Under the pieces are notes generated by a model. It was not told where the DNA came from and did not search any database. It was given only the letters and a program-made list of their open reading frames with translations. This document shows positions 1-10,156 of a stretch of DNA of 64,000 nt, piece after piece. Source of the stretch: Piedraia hortae CBS 480.64 (Eukaryota); assembly GCA_010093745.1 (NCBI GenBank), contig MU005964.1, forward strand, positions 310,001 to 374,000. Direction: 5' to 3'. Each line of letters begins with the position of its first letter. The first letter of the stretch is position 1. The position numbers and the translations under genes are program-made.

Positions 1-336
1 CTCGGACCTCGGCGGCTACCAACCCTCATTGCGCTAATGCAGGCGGCGAGCAGCGCCAAGGACCGTGCATCGCACAGTCTTCGGAAGGGAATGTGGCCGT
101 TCTGTGTAGTTTGGTCAGCCACGGATTGCTGGGTTTCCATTCTACCGAGCTGCAGGCACCTGCTCGAGTTATTTGTATCTGTGCTAATCATAGATTGCGA
201 TTCGATGTTGCGGCCGTAGGACAGCTTTTAGCATAAGCTACATATGCCTAGTACACAGGCTGGCTACACCTACATAGTTGAGACTGGTCACATCTAGTAC
301 AAGTAGCCATGCCTATGATAGTACTGACTGGCTAGT

Positions 337-1043
337 CTAGTACAGACGCTTGGGCGGGCTCATGGTGGCCTTGATGGTAAGGCTGCCCACGTTCTGCCAG
401 CCCTTTTTCAGCAACGACACGAGGTAGTTGATGGCCAACATGACGTTGCCGACCAGCTCGTCCTCAGTCATGTCGACGTTGCCGACCGCGACACCCATGC
501 AGAGCACCTTCTTCAGCTGGAACTTGATCGTAGACTTGACTTCGGTGATCTTGTTGGAGAGGTCCTCCGAGTGGGATACAGGCGTAGGGAACTTGCCAGC
601 TGTGGTAACCGTCAGTATCGAAAGTAAATCTGTAGTCTGTATTATCACTTACCCTTGGACAAACCGGGACCCAAGAGACGAGGAATCTGCTTGATCAAGC
701 TGTCGCTGGCAATGAAAGCATCATACTTCCTGGCAAGCTTCTTGATGAGCTTCTTGTTCTTGTTCAACTTCTTCAAGTCCTCGGCGCTCATGGCGTCCAC
801 GCCTCCATGCTTGGCGCGGTCAATGTCGTGCTGATCACCCAGAATGCACACGCTCATATTGGGACGCGGCACACGGGGCAGTCTGACGGTGCCGGAGAAA
901 CGCTTGTCACGCTGGGGATCATAGTTCTTGAGGCCAATCTGCAGCTCGACCGTCTCGAGGAAGTTGCGCTTCTTCTCCTCGTTGGAGTACTGCAGGAGTT
1001 GCTGTACGTTCTGACGCACGCCAGCGACCGTGATTTTCGACAT
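337..1043 (-). CDS. RPL1: 60S ribosomal protein uL1 (L1/L10a); 2 exons (1043-653, 599-337)
   Basis: [10 protein letters not shown]...[22 protein letters not shown]...[22 protein letters not shown]. Intron 652-600 (GTAAGT...CTGAC...CAG, 53 nt); spliced product is 217 aa, the typical uL1 length. Confidence 0.97.
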
Positions 1044-1711
1044 TGCGGCGGTCTTCCAATATTTCTACAAGAGACAGTATTGGTACGGCTTTGGCGTTGT
1101 GGTGAGCGTTTGTGACGTGGCGGATTGGAAAAAAGGGCTGTGTGCCAAGGGTGGGGTGTGCCTCTTGGACGCTAACCCAAGAAGAGTTTAGCCAACCTCA
1201 ACGTCGTCCGTGTGACTCCATCACAACTCACTTCTGTGATGGATGTTCGCCATCACGATTTGCCTGACTTGTTCCAGCTCGGTTTCGTCACCTTGACATT
1301 ATGGGTGGCGGCTCATTCATGGTGTCTTACAGACACTCTACAAAATTTGCCAAACCTCGGGAACGGATGTCTTCAAATAGACTTGCAATTCAATGTTGCC
1401 ACCGTTAGCGAGTGCCTGTGTGATTGATTTTGCCATGTGGAGCTGACCACAGTCAGCTGGCTATGATATAGAAACCGTTGAAAGACTGCATCGGATGGCT
1501 GGCGATGCCGTTCACAAACAGGCCACTTTTGCCCCATTCTATGGCAATTCCTATCTTAGCCATGTGACCCTACCGTTTAGTTGTACCCGATGATCAGCTT
1601 TTTTTGATACTCTGACTCACACTTTCGCTTGCTGTCTCTATTGAGTCACACGGTAGGTCCTTTTGTATAAGAACATGCCATCTTCTCTTTCCAGTATTTA
1701 CTTTTAGCATC

Positions 1712-3376
1712 ATGGACAGCCCCCACCCAAAGATTGCGAAGATTCCCTCACAAATGGACGATTCCTTCCGCTTCAGGGATATGGATAACCTACCCAAGTT
1801 TGGAGAGATATTGCAAAACGTTCAGAGCCACGCAACGAGGCACTTCATTGTTGACTTTAACGCCGGAAAGGCTCGTGTTGCTTTTGACCTACCGGAGGAT
1901 GCATTCACCAGCATCTTCAAGGCCGGAGCTCCGTCAAATATGGCGCGGTGGATCAATATTTGGCATCCCTATCGTCAAAGACCGCTACTCAACTTGATAT
2001 CCCAACGCTATGGTTTCTCGCCTCGCCTGTCAGCCCTGATGTCCTCGGACCCTAGGATATCACGGAAGCGCAGCAAAATGATGCGGCAACCACCACAAGA
2101 CTACTTTGCCAAGCAACAGCGAGAGACGGTAAACGCCAGAGATCTCGAAAAGGGCGATGCATTGTCCGAACTATCGGCTACACCTGACCAAACGCCTTCT
2201 CCTGGCCTTAGCAATGCCAACCTCAAGAACATCTACAGCCTCGTTGAGGACATTTGGCACTACACTTCTGTCGACATGGGCAAGGGCTACACATGTATTG
2301 GCTACAACACTTTGTACGGAACAAAACATCCGGAGCAAGTGTGCACCGACGGACCTCTGCCGCACTGCACTCGGATCTGGACATGGCTGATCCTCTGTGA
2401 TGATGGAAGCGTCATTTCAGTCAGTGAAGACCCTTTTCCATTGGTAGATGGCCAGTTTACGCCGTTCCAAAAGCGTGTTATCGAGGATGTACGTCGCAAT
2501 GTCTTCAACATCTTCTGTTCCCTATCAAAGGCAAAAGAAGCGTCAATGCTGGTCAACAAACCAATGGCTCTTCTACCACTACGAATCCCACCGAGTAACG
2601 GTGCAGAACCTGCAAATCCAGTACATTTGGCAGGGTTGCTATTCTACTATCTCTTCGAAAGTTGGCAGAACGGCTACAACATAGTCACTCGCCGAGAGAA
2701 TGGCTACCGCGACGAAATCGCACTCATTCGACAACAAATGTTCGAGAAGCCTACACTTGCACATATTGACCGGTTGGACACTATTGGCAACGAACTCAAG
2801 GTCCTGAAAAGACACTACACTGGCTACAAACGCATCATCGAGCGCCTCGTTGAGATGCAAGATGACACTCAGCGCATCCATAATCTTCCACGGTCCGAAA
2901 GTCACGACTCAGTCAACACCATCCGGCCTCAACCCGTGCAGCCTCAGACTCCCGGTGTTGCCTTGGGTTCAGCTGCCAAGATTCGCTTCCGACGTCTACA
3001 GGACTTGATTGACCTGTACGCCCTCGACGAACTGGAAGAATATATCCAGCAAAAGGAATCGTTGGTAGGCATGAGCTTCAACCTCATCGCACTGAGCGAA
3101 AACCTCTGCATGGAACGTCTGACTCGTGTGGGCTTGCTGATTACCAAGGTTACCATACTCTTCATGCCTGTCAGCTTCATGACGAGTTACTTTGGTCTTC
3201 AGCTCAAGGGGACGGAATACAGTGTTGGGGAATATTGGATAGCATTTGCTGTTATCCTGGTGTGCAGTTGGCTTGTTCTGTTGCTTTTTGGGGTGCTCAG
3301 TGGAAGTATGGAGACGTTTGGGTATGTGAAGAGGAAATTTGCTGGGAGGGGGAAGAAGGAGGTGGATATGGTGTAA
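1712..3376 (+). CDS. CorA-like Mg2+ transporter domain protein (fungal family)
   Basis: 554-aa ORF with long helical region then two C-terminal TM segments; LITKVTILFMPVSFMTSYFGLQ resembles the CorA TM1/GMN region but is degenerate (GLQ). Confidence 0.7.
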   Translation: MDSPHPKIAKIPSQMDDSFRFRDMDNLPKFGEILQNVQSHATRHFIVDFNAGKARVAFDLPEDAFTSIFKAGAPSNMARWINIWHPYRQRPLLNLISQRYGFSPRLSALMSSDPRISRKRSKMMRQPPQDYFAKQQRETVNARDLEKGDALSELSATPDQTPSPGLSNANLKNIYSLVEDIWHYTSVDMGKGYTCIGYNTLYGTKHPEQVCTDGPLPHCTRIWTWLILCDDGSVISVSEDPFPLVDGQFTPFQKRVIEDVRRNVFNIFCSLSKAKEASMLVNKPMALLPLRIPPSNGAEPANPVHLAGLLFYYLFESWQNGYNIVTRRENGYRDEIALIRQQMFEKPTLAHIDRLDTIGNELKVLKRHYTGYKRIIERLVEMQDDTQRIHNLPRSESHDSVNTIRPQPVQPQTPGVALGSAAKIRFRRLQDLIDLYALDELEEYIQQKESLVGMSFNLIALSENLCMERLTRVGLLITKVTILFMPVSFMTSYFGLQLKGTEYSVGEYWIAFAVILVCSWLVLLLFGVLSGSMETFGYVKRKFAGRGKKEVDMV

Positions 3377-3722
3377 TTTGTTCGCAACAGAAACATAAGA
3401 TAGATAGACGGGGATGATAGTACGGCCATTTTGATGATACTGCTATTCACTGGGATAGACTACTCTACTCATGGTATTATCTGGATAGACTGCTCTACAT
3501 TACATCAATGCAGTTCCGTTGGGCAAGCTTCATGGCTGCACAACGTCGATTTCAACCATCCTGCCAGCGTTCACGCTTATCAGATCGTCCAGGGGACCCC
3601 TTGGCGCTAGGCCGCATTTGGTAAGCCAGACCACACCCCCAACGGTGCCTTGTAACAGGCGATTGGCCCCGTAGAAGACTTGCAACAGACGATTGGTCCC
3701 GCAAAAGTCTCTACTGCCCGCA

Positions 3723-5209
3723 ATGTCTCTCGAACCTCCGGCATACATCTTGTCCCTTCAAAACAACATCCGAGCGAGGCCGATAAGTTGGGAGGGCGCC
3801 GTACGTGCAAAGACGATCACGGAGGCAGATCTAAAGAAGATCAAAGCTGTAGATAAAGTACGAAAGGAACAGCGGAAACAAGCCATTGCGGGAAACGTGC
3901 AGACATATGTCACTCTTCTACTTGGGGACGGCGAGGCCAAAGGCATATTTGAGAGTGCAGCCAGACGTACAGATATCTTGCAGTATATGCTTGTTTTGAC
4001 GGGAGATTTGATCGAAGGTTGGGGTGTCCTTGGTTGGTGGATAAGTAGCGGCTAACTTGACTCCCAGATTCGCCGCAACTTGCAAAGGTTATGGTTCAGC
4101 ATCCTCATCCATATAAACCTCTTCTCCCGCTTCTGAAGCAGTCTAACAATGCAGAAGACCCAATACCCATGCTCACATCAACCGTGCTGTCTTCTTTGCT
4201 GAGCCAGGGCCTAATTGCGCAGCCAAAGTCTACAGAAGACATTAATGAAGCCCTGCCGCAACTATACTCGTATCTCGCGACGCTTTCCAACACATCAGAC
4301 TCGAACTTGCGGGATATCGCTGTACAAGAGTATAGCACAGTGCTTCAGACGTCCAAGTCCAGACAGCAGTTTTGGAAGCAAAAAAAGGAAACCCTCGATC
4401 CGCTGTTTGCCGAGTTGCGAAGTGCAGTGGGAAACAAGGACGTCGATATTCTGACAGCTAACGGGGGCAATCTGCGCGGTGTGGCTGAAGGCTCGAGGCT
4501 TGGGGGTGGTGTAAGCCTCCAGCTATTTTACCATATCTTGTTGGTCATCTGGCAGCTATCGTTTGAAGCTCAGCTGGTTGGTTCTGGTCTCGATGATGAT
4601 TACAACATCGTCGCTCTTTACACCAGGCTTCTTTCGATCTCACCAAAGGAAAAGACCACGCGTCTCCTCCTTGCTACCCTGCACAATCTACTTTCGGCTA
4701 ACAAAGGCGCTCTGATGCCTGCAACACTGCCAGCTAAACTGCCTTCTACCTTGTCTCATCTTAAGACGAGGAACTTTACCGATGAAGATCTTCTTGACGA
4801 TCTGAAAAAGCTGGTGCAGATGACAGACGAGTATGCGTCTTCACAGACTACGCTAGAAGAGTATGCTGCTGAAGTCCACTCTGGACATCTTCGCTGGTCA
4901 CCACCGCACAGGAACGCCGACTTTTGGCGAGACAATGCACGCGAGATCATCGAGACCGAAAATGGTAAATTGTGCAAGGAGCTGGTGGCCATTATGGACA
5001 AAGACTGGGCGAGTGACAAGCAAGTGTTGGCGATTGCGTGCAACGACTTGGCATATCTCGTCAAGGAATGTCCAGAAAAACGCCGTGTGTTGGAGAAATT
5101 TGGACTAAAGGCCAAGGTGATGAGTTTGATGCAGGATGAGAACGAGACGGTGAGGTGGGAGAGTTTGAGGGCGGTTGGTGAGTGGCTAAGGTACAGTTTC
5201 GATGGGTAA
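3723..5209 (+). CDS. VMA13: V-type ATPase V1 subunit H; 2 exons
   Basis: SLQNNIRARPISWEGAVRA, EYAAEVHSGHLRWSPPH, LAIACNDL, VRWESLRAV. Intron 4018-4067 (GTTGGG...GCTAAC...CAG). Confidence 0.95.
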
Positions 5210-5415
5210 CTTGATCATACCTTCTACAAGCTTGATACATACAATAAGGATTAGTGTTTCCCCGTGACTCGGCTAATGCCGTCCGTAGCCGGGCGGGGTT
5301 GGAACCCCTCACCAGGACGTTCGAGACGCGTTCGGGTCGTTCACCGGATGTGACTGCGTATATAGTATAACGGCATGGTAGCTCCTCTTGTTGACGTGGG
5401 TACATTTTATTCACA

Positions 5416-7080
5416 ATGACTTCGCAGGTTTCAACCAAGAACTTACAGGGTATTCTCACATCAAATTCCGTCTTGCCTTTCATTATAATTGCTGTGGCCT
5501 ATTTGATCTATCAAGTCCTTGAACATACTGATGTACCAAAGATTAAGAATCTTCCTTCGATCCCTGGCGAACCGATATTCGGTAATCTTCGACAGCTAGG
5601 AGACAACCATGCCAAAGTAGCCCTAGAATGGTCCAAAAAATATGGCCCAGTGTTCCAGGTGCGGATGGGCAACCGTCGTATTATATTCGCCAATACTTTT
5701 GATAGCGTCAAGAACCTTTGGATTACCAACCAGAGTGCTCTAATTAGTCGGCCGAAGCTTCACACTTTTCATACCGTAGTCAGCTCGAGCGAGGGTTATA
5801 CCATTGGAACTAGCCCATGGGATGAAAGCTGCAAGGCCAGACGCAAGGCTGCAGCCACTGCTCTGAACAGACCAGCGGTTCAGAGCTACATGCCAATCAT
5901 TGACTATGAGTCAACTAAGAGCATCAAGGAAATGATACTCGACAGCAATTATGGCGAGATTGATTTGGATCCCAATGCCTACTTTACTCGCTACGCACTT
6001 AGCACTTCACTCACGCTAAACTATGGGATCAAGATTGAAGGCAACGTGGAAGATGAGATGCTCAAGGAGATTACCCATGTTGAACGTATCGTCTCCAATT
6101 TCCGCTCGACGAGCAACAACTGGGCTGACTATATTCCCATCTTGCGTTTGCTACCGGGAGGGAACACAAAGGCACTTGAATACAAGAGGCGGAGAGCCGA
6201 CTACATGTACAAGCTGCTGAATATGCTCAAGAAGCGGATTGCAGAGGGCACTGATACGCCTTGCATCACGGGCAACGTACTCAAGGATCCTGATGCCAAG
6301 CTCAATGATGGTCAGTTCCTTTCCATCCGTTTGGTTTAAGTTAGAGCTGACAGACATATCAAAGCCGAGGTGATGTCGATATGCCTGACTATGGTCTCAG
6401 CTGGGCTGGACACCGTTCCAGGCAATTTGATCATGTGCATTGCATATCTTTCCACCGAAGAAGGCCAAGATACGCAGGCTCGTGCTCTTAACGAGATCAA
6501 CAAAGTATATCCCAATAACGACTCCTGGGAGCGGTGTCTGCATGAAGAAAAGGTTCCTTACATCACAGCTCTCGTCAAGGAAACTCTGCGGTTCTGGTCC
6601 GTCATCCCTATCTGCCTCCCGCGAACCAGCACAAGGGACATCAAATGGGGCGATGCTGTGATCCCGGCCGGTACGAGCTTCTACATGAACGCATACGGTG
6701 CTCACTACGATGACACCCATTTCAAGTCTCCGTACCAGTTCAACCCAGACCGCTATATCCAGGACAAGAGCATCGACGATGCATCTGCATCCCGGGGCAC
6801 GCCTCATTACGGCTACGGCGCTGGCAGCCGCATGTGCATAGGCTCCCATCTTGCAAACAGAGAACTCTACACCGCATTCTTACGCTTAATCACTGCCTTT
6901 GAGATCTTGCCACCCAAAGATCCAAAAGACAAGCCCATCATGGATGCACTAGAATGCAACCTCTATCCCACCAGCCTGACTCTGGACCCGAAACCATTTA
7001 AAGTCGGACTAAAACTCCGAGACCGAGCCACGGTAGAGAAATGGATTTCTGAAAGCGAGCAACGAACCAGACATCTCTAG
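5416..7080 (+). CDS. phacA: Cytochrome P450 CYP504A-type, phenylacetate 2-hydroxylase; 2 exons
   Basis: TIGTSPWDESCK..RKAAATALNRPAVQSY, MVSAGLDTVP (I-helix), ETLR (ExxR), YGAGSRMCIG heme motif. Intron 6311-6364 (GTCAGT...GCTGAC...AAG). Confidence 0.92.
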
Positions 7081-8351
7081 CTAATATCATCCGCCTTTAC
7101 AATCGTTCCCTTACACTCCCCAAACCCAACCAACCCTCCCCGTTCCCCACAAACCCCCGTCAACGTAACCGTATCCCCATCCTCCAAGAACAGCCTCCTC
7201 TCACCATTCCCCAACTCAACCTCCACCTTCCCATTCTCCGTCCTTTCAAGCAAACACCCCTTCTCCCCAACCCCAACGCCACTAATCGTCCCCGATCCAA
7301 TCAAATCCCCCGCACTAACTGGACACCCCCCCACCGTATGATGCGCAATCATCTGCCCAAACGAAAAGATTAATTCCCTCGCAGATGTGACACAAACCTC
7401 CGTCTCCCCGATCCTCACCCCCAACCTAACATCATAAAACCCCTCCTCCCCCTCCTCATCAAGATACGACAGTACGCCCACATCATTCGCAATCCCTTTC
7501 GTCCGGAACGGCTCTAACGCATCCAGCAGTACAACCCACGGCGAAATCGTAGTCGCAAAATTCTTCCCGTTAAAGGGACCAAGGGGGATGTACTCCCACG
7601 CCTGGATATCGCGAGCGGACCAGTCGTTTAGGAGGACGAAGCCGAAGATGTGGTTTTCCGTCGAGGGGAGGGGGATGCGCTCGCCTAGACGCGTTGTGTG
7701 AGCGAGGAAACAGCCGATTTCGAGCTCGAGGTCGAGTTTTTTGCTTGGGGAGAGGATCGGGTGGGTTGCTCTCTGCGGGAGGATTTGGCCGATTGGGCGC
7801 TTGATGGGTGTGCCGGATACGACGATGCTGGAGGCGCGGCCGTGGTAGGCGACGGGGAGGTGTTTGTAGTTGGGTTGCAAGGCGTTTTGGGGGCCGCGGA
7901 ATAAGGTCCCGACGGTTTGGGCGTGGTGGAGACCCGCGTAGAAGTCGGTGTAGTCTTTTATGGACATGGGGAGGTGGGTTGTGCAGTTTTGTAAAGGGAT
8001 GAGGAGGGTTGGGTGGAGGGTTGGGTTTTGCTCGAGGATCTCAGGATAGGGTCCGTTGGAGAGGAGGATGTTTCGGAGGTAGTTCCTTACGGATTTGTGG
8101 GTTGGTCTACCTAGGGAGGCGAAGGCGTTGAGGGTTGGGGTGGAGAAGACTTTGTCTAGATCTTTGATGTCTGGGAGTTTGGAGAATCCATTGTGTTGGG
8201 TGAATGCTTGGAGGTCGAGTGCATAATTGCCTATGGCTATTGCTGGTCGGGGGGTTGGTGAGTCTGGAGTGGAGATTATGCCAAAGGGGATGTTGTTGAT
8301 TGAAAATGGACTATCTGGATCAATGTCTAGCCAGCTTTTTGGCTGTGTCAT
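7077..8351 (-). CDS. fahA: Fumarylacetoacetase
   Basis: SPFSINNIPFGI, DYTDFYAGLHHA, HLPVAYHGRASS, LDLELE, LLNDWSARDIQAWEYIPLGPF, GDLIGSGTISG. Confidence 0.95.
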   Translation of the reverse strand: MTQPKSWLDIDPDSPFSINNIPFGIISTPDSPTPRPAIAIGNYALDLQAFTQHNGFSKLPDIKDLDKVFSTPTLNAFASLGRPTHKSVRNYLRNILLSNGPYPEILEQNPTLHPTLLIPLQNCTTHLPMSIKDYTDFYAGLHHAQTVGTLFRGPQNALQPNYKHLPVAYHGRASSIVVSGTPIKRPIGQILPQRATHPILSPSKKLDLELEIGCFLAHTTRLGERIPLPSTENHIFGFVLLNDWSARDIQAWEYIPLGPFNGKNFATTISPWVVLLDALEPFRTKGIANDVGVLSYLDEEGEEGFYDVRLGVRIGETEVCVTSARELIFSFGQMIAHHTVGGCPVSAGDLIGSGTISGVGVGEKGCLLERTENGKVEVELGNGERRLFLEDGDTVTLTGVCGERGGLVGFGECKGTIVKADDIS

Positions 8352-8565
8352 GGTTGTTTCACTTAGGCATGCTTCTTTCTACCCCAAAGTATCTTCCGGG
8401 CTTCGCATAGCAACGGAATAGGAGGGCAGGGCGGGGCAGGCGGGGTAGTGCGGGGGTGTCGAGGGGTCAAGCGGTTGGACACGGCAATGAACGGCGGGAA
8501 AGGGAACGGTATGGCCGTTGTGTATAGCTATAGGTCAAATGCAATGACTCTACCTTGCTCTCAAA
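8352..8565. promoter_or_regulatory. Divergent fahA/hmgA promoter with three tandem CreA/Mig1-type SYGGRG sites
   Basis: 214-bp gap between divergent ATGs; GCGGGG at 8431, 8440 and 8450; several CGG/CCG triplets. Confidence 0.5.
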
Positions 8566-9918
8566 ATGCCAGTCACGAATTTCAAATTCCAGGAAAAGTA
8601 CAAATACCTGAACGGATTCAACTGTTACCATGAATCCGAAGCTGTAGAGGGTGCACTTCCAATCGGTTCGAACAACCCTCAAAAGCCGCCGTTGGGACTG
8701 TACTGTGAGAAACTCTCCGGTACAGCTTTCACAGCTCCACGGTGTGAGAATCAGCAAACATGGTTGTACCGTATCCTTCCCGCAGCTGCGCATGGCAACT
8801 TCGAACCATGCAAAGAGGGAGTGTTTGGAGTGTTTGGCCAAAAGGAAAAATGGCATCATATTCCCAACCAGCTAAGGTGGGATCCGTTCGAGATTGATGA
8901 AACTGTCGACTGGGTGCATAGTCTGCGGTTAGTTGCTGGCGCTGGGGATCCAACCATGAAGAACGGTCTTGGTATTTTCATCTTCACTGCAGCCAAGGAC
9001 ATGGATCGCCACGAAGCGTTCTACTCGGCTGATGGCGACCTGCTCATCGTCCCACAGCACGGTGCTCTGGATGTTCAGACTGAGCTTGGAAATCTGCTGC
9101 TCAGACCCAATGAGATTGGTGTCATACCTCGCGGCATCAGACACAGAGTGACTCTCCCAGACGGCCCCGTTCGAGGCTATATCCTTGAACTATATCAAAG
9201 TCATTTCCAGCTGCCCGAACTTGGCCCAATTGGTTCCCATTGTTTGGCAAATACAAGAGATTTCCAAGCACCCGTCGCCGCATTTGACGAGGATCATGAC
9301 GGTACCAACGCCTACACGGTATATGGAAAGTTTGCCGGTAGGCTCTTCGCAGCGGTGCAGAAGCATACCCCGTTCGATGTCGTGGCCTGGCACGGAAACT
9401 ACTACCCTTACAAGTACGACCTCGCGCGGTTTGCCACTATTGGTAGCATCTCCTTCGATCATCCAGACCCGAGCATATTCACAGTCTTGACAGCCCAATC
9501 TGATCATCCAGGTACGGCAATTGCAGACTTTGTCATCTTCCCACCGCGCTGGCTCGTGCAGGAAGACACATTTCGCCCTCCGTGGTATCATCGCAACACA
9601 ATGTCAGAGTTTATGGGTTTGATTCAAGGAGAGTATGACGCCAAGACTGGAGGTGGTTTCCAACCAGCCGGAGCCAGCCTGCACAACACAATGAGCTCAC
9701 ACGGGCCAGATGCGTCATCTCATGAGAAGGCTACAAATGCAGAGCTTAAACCCCACAAAGTGGGAGAGGGTAGCTTGGCATTCATGTTTGAGAGCTCCCT
9801 CATGGTGGGGGTTACAGACTGGGCCTTGGAAAGGTGCAAAAAGGTGCAGCAAGGTTACAATGCCGAGAGCTGGGTGCCGCTGGAGCCGCATTTCAAGCGG
9901 CCCAGCAAGAGTCAGTAG
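8566..9918 (+). CDS. hmgA: Homogentisate 1,2-dioxygenase
   Basis: [51 protein letters not shown] (iron-ligand motifs present). Confidence 0.97.
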   Translation: MPVTNFKFQEKYKYLNGFNCYHESEAVEGALPIGSNNPQKPPLGLYCEKLSGTAFTAPRCENQQTWLYRILPAAAHGNFEPCKEGVFGVFGQKEKWHHIPNQLRWDPFEIDETVDWVHSLRLVAGAGDPTMKNGLGIFIFTAAKDMDRHEAFYSADGDLLIVPQHGALDVQTELGNLLLRPNEIGVIPRGIRHRVTLPDGPVRGYILELYQSHFQLPELGPIGSHCLANTRDFQAPVAAFDEDHDGTNAYTVYGKFAGRLFAAVQKHTPFDVVAWHGNYYPYKYDLARFATIGSISFDHPDPSIFTVLTAQSDHPGTAIADFVIFPPRWLVQEDTFRPPWYHRNTMSEFMGLIQGEYDAKTGGGFQPAGASLHNTMSSHGPDASSHEKATNAELKPHKVGEGSLAFMFESSLMVGVTDWALERCKKVQQGYNAESWVPLEPHFKRPSKSQ

Positions 9919-10156
9919 GATAAGAATAATCCAGTGAAAGAATGTTTGATAGAAGCTGAGTAAATCGTGAAAGCTAACTTGGTGTGCCAAGGCTGTCCAG
10001 TCCAAGAGAGAAGGTGGAGCGAGCTTTGGCAGCCCCACCATCGCGCGCGTCGCGAAGCGCGTCGTGACATGTCACAACGGCCATAATTTCCCTGGCCAAT
10101 TGCCAGTCCTCAGCATGATCTAACGACTGCGAGCATTCATGAATCTTACGCGGAGC

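Noticed and set aside
1..140. Possible minus-strand ORF start (METQQSVADQ...) running off the left edge
   Set aside because: Too short and no recognisable motif; cannot be supported from this window.
5286..5345. GGGGTTGGAACCCC hairpin resembling a reverse tRNA T-arm
   Set aside because: No D-arm, anticodon arm or acceptor pairing; lies in the phacA promoter.
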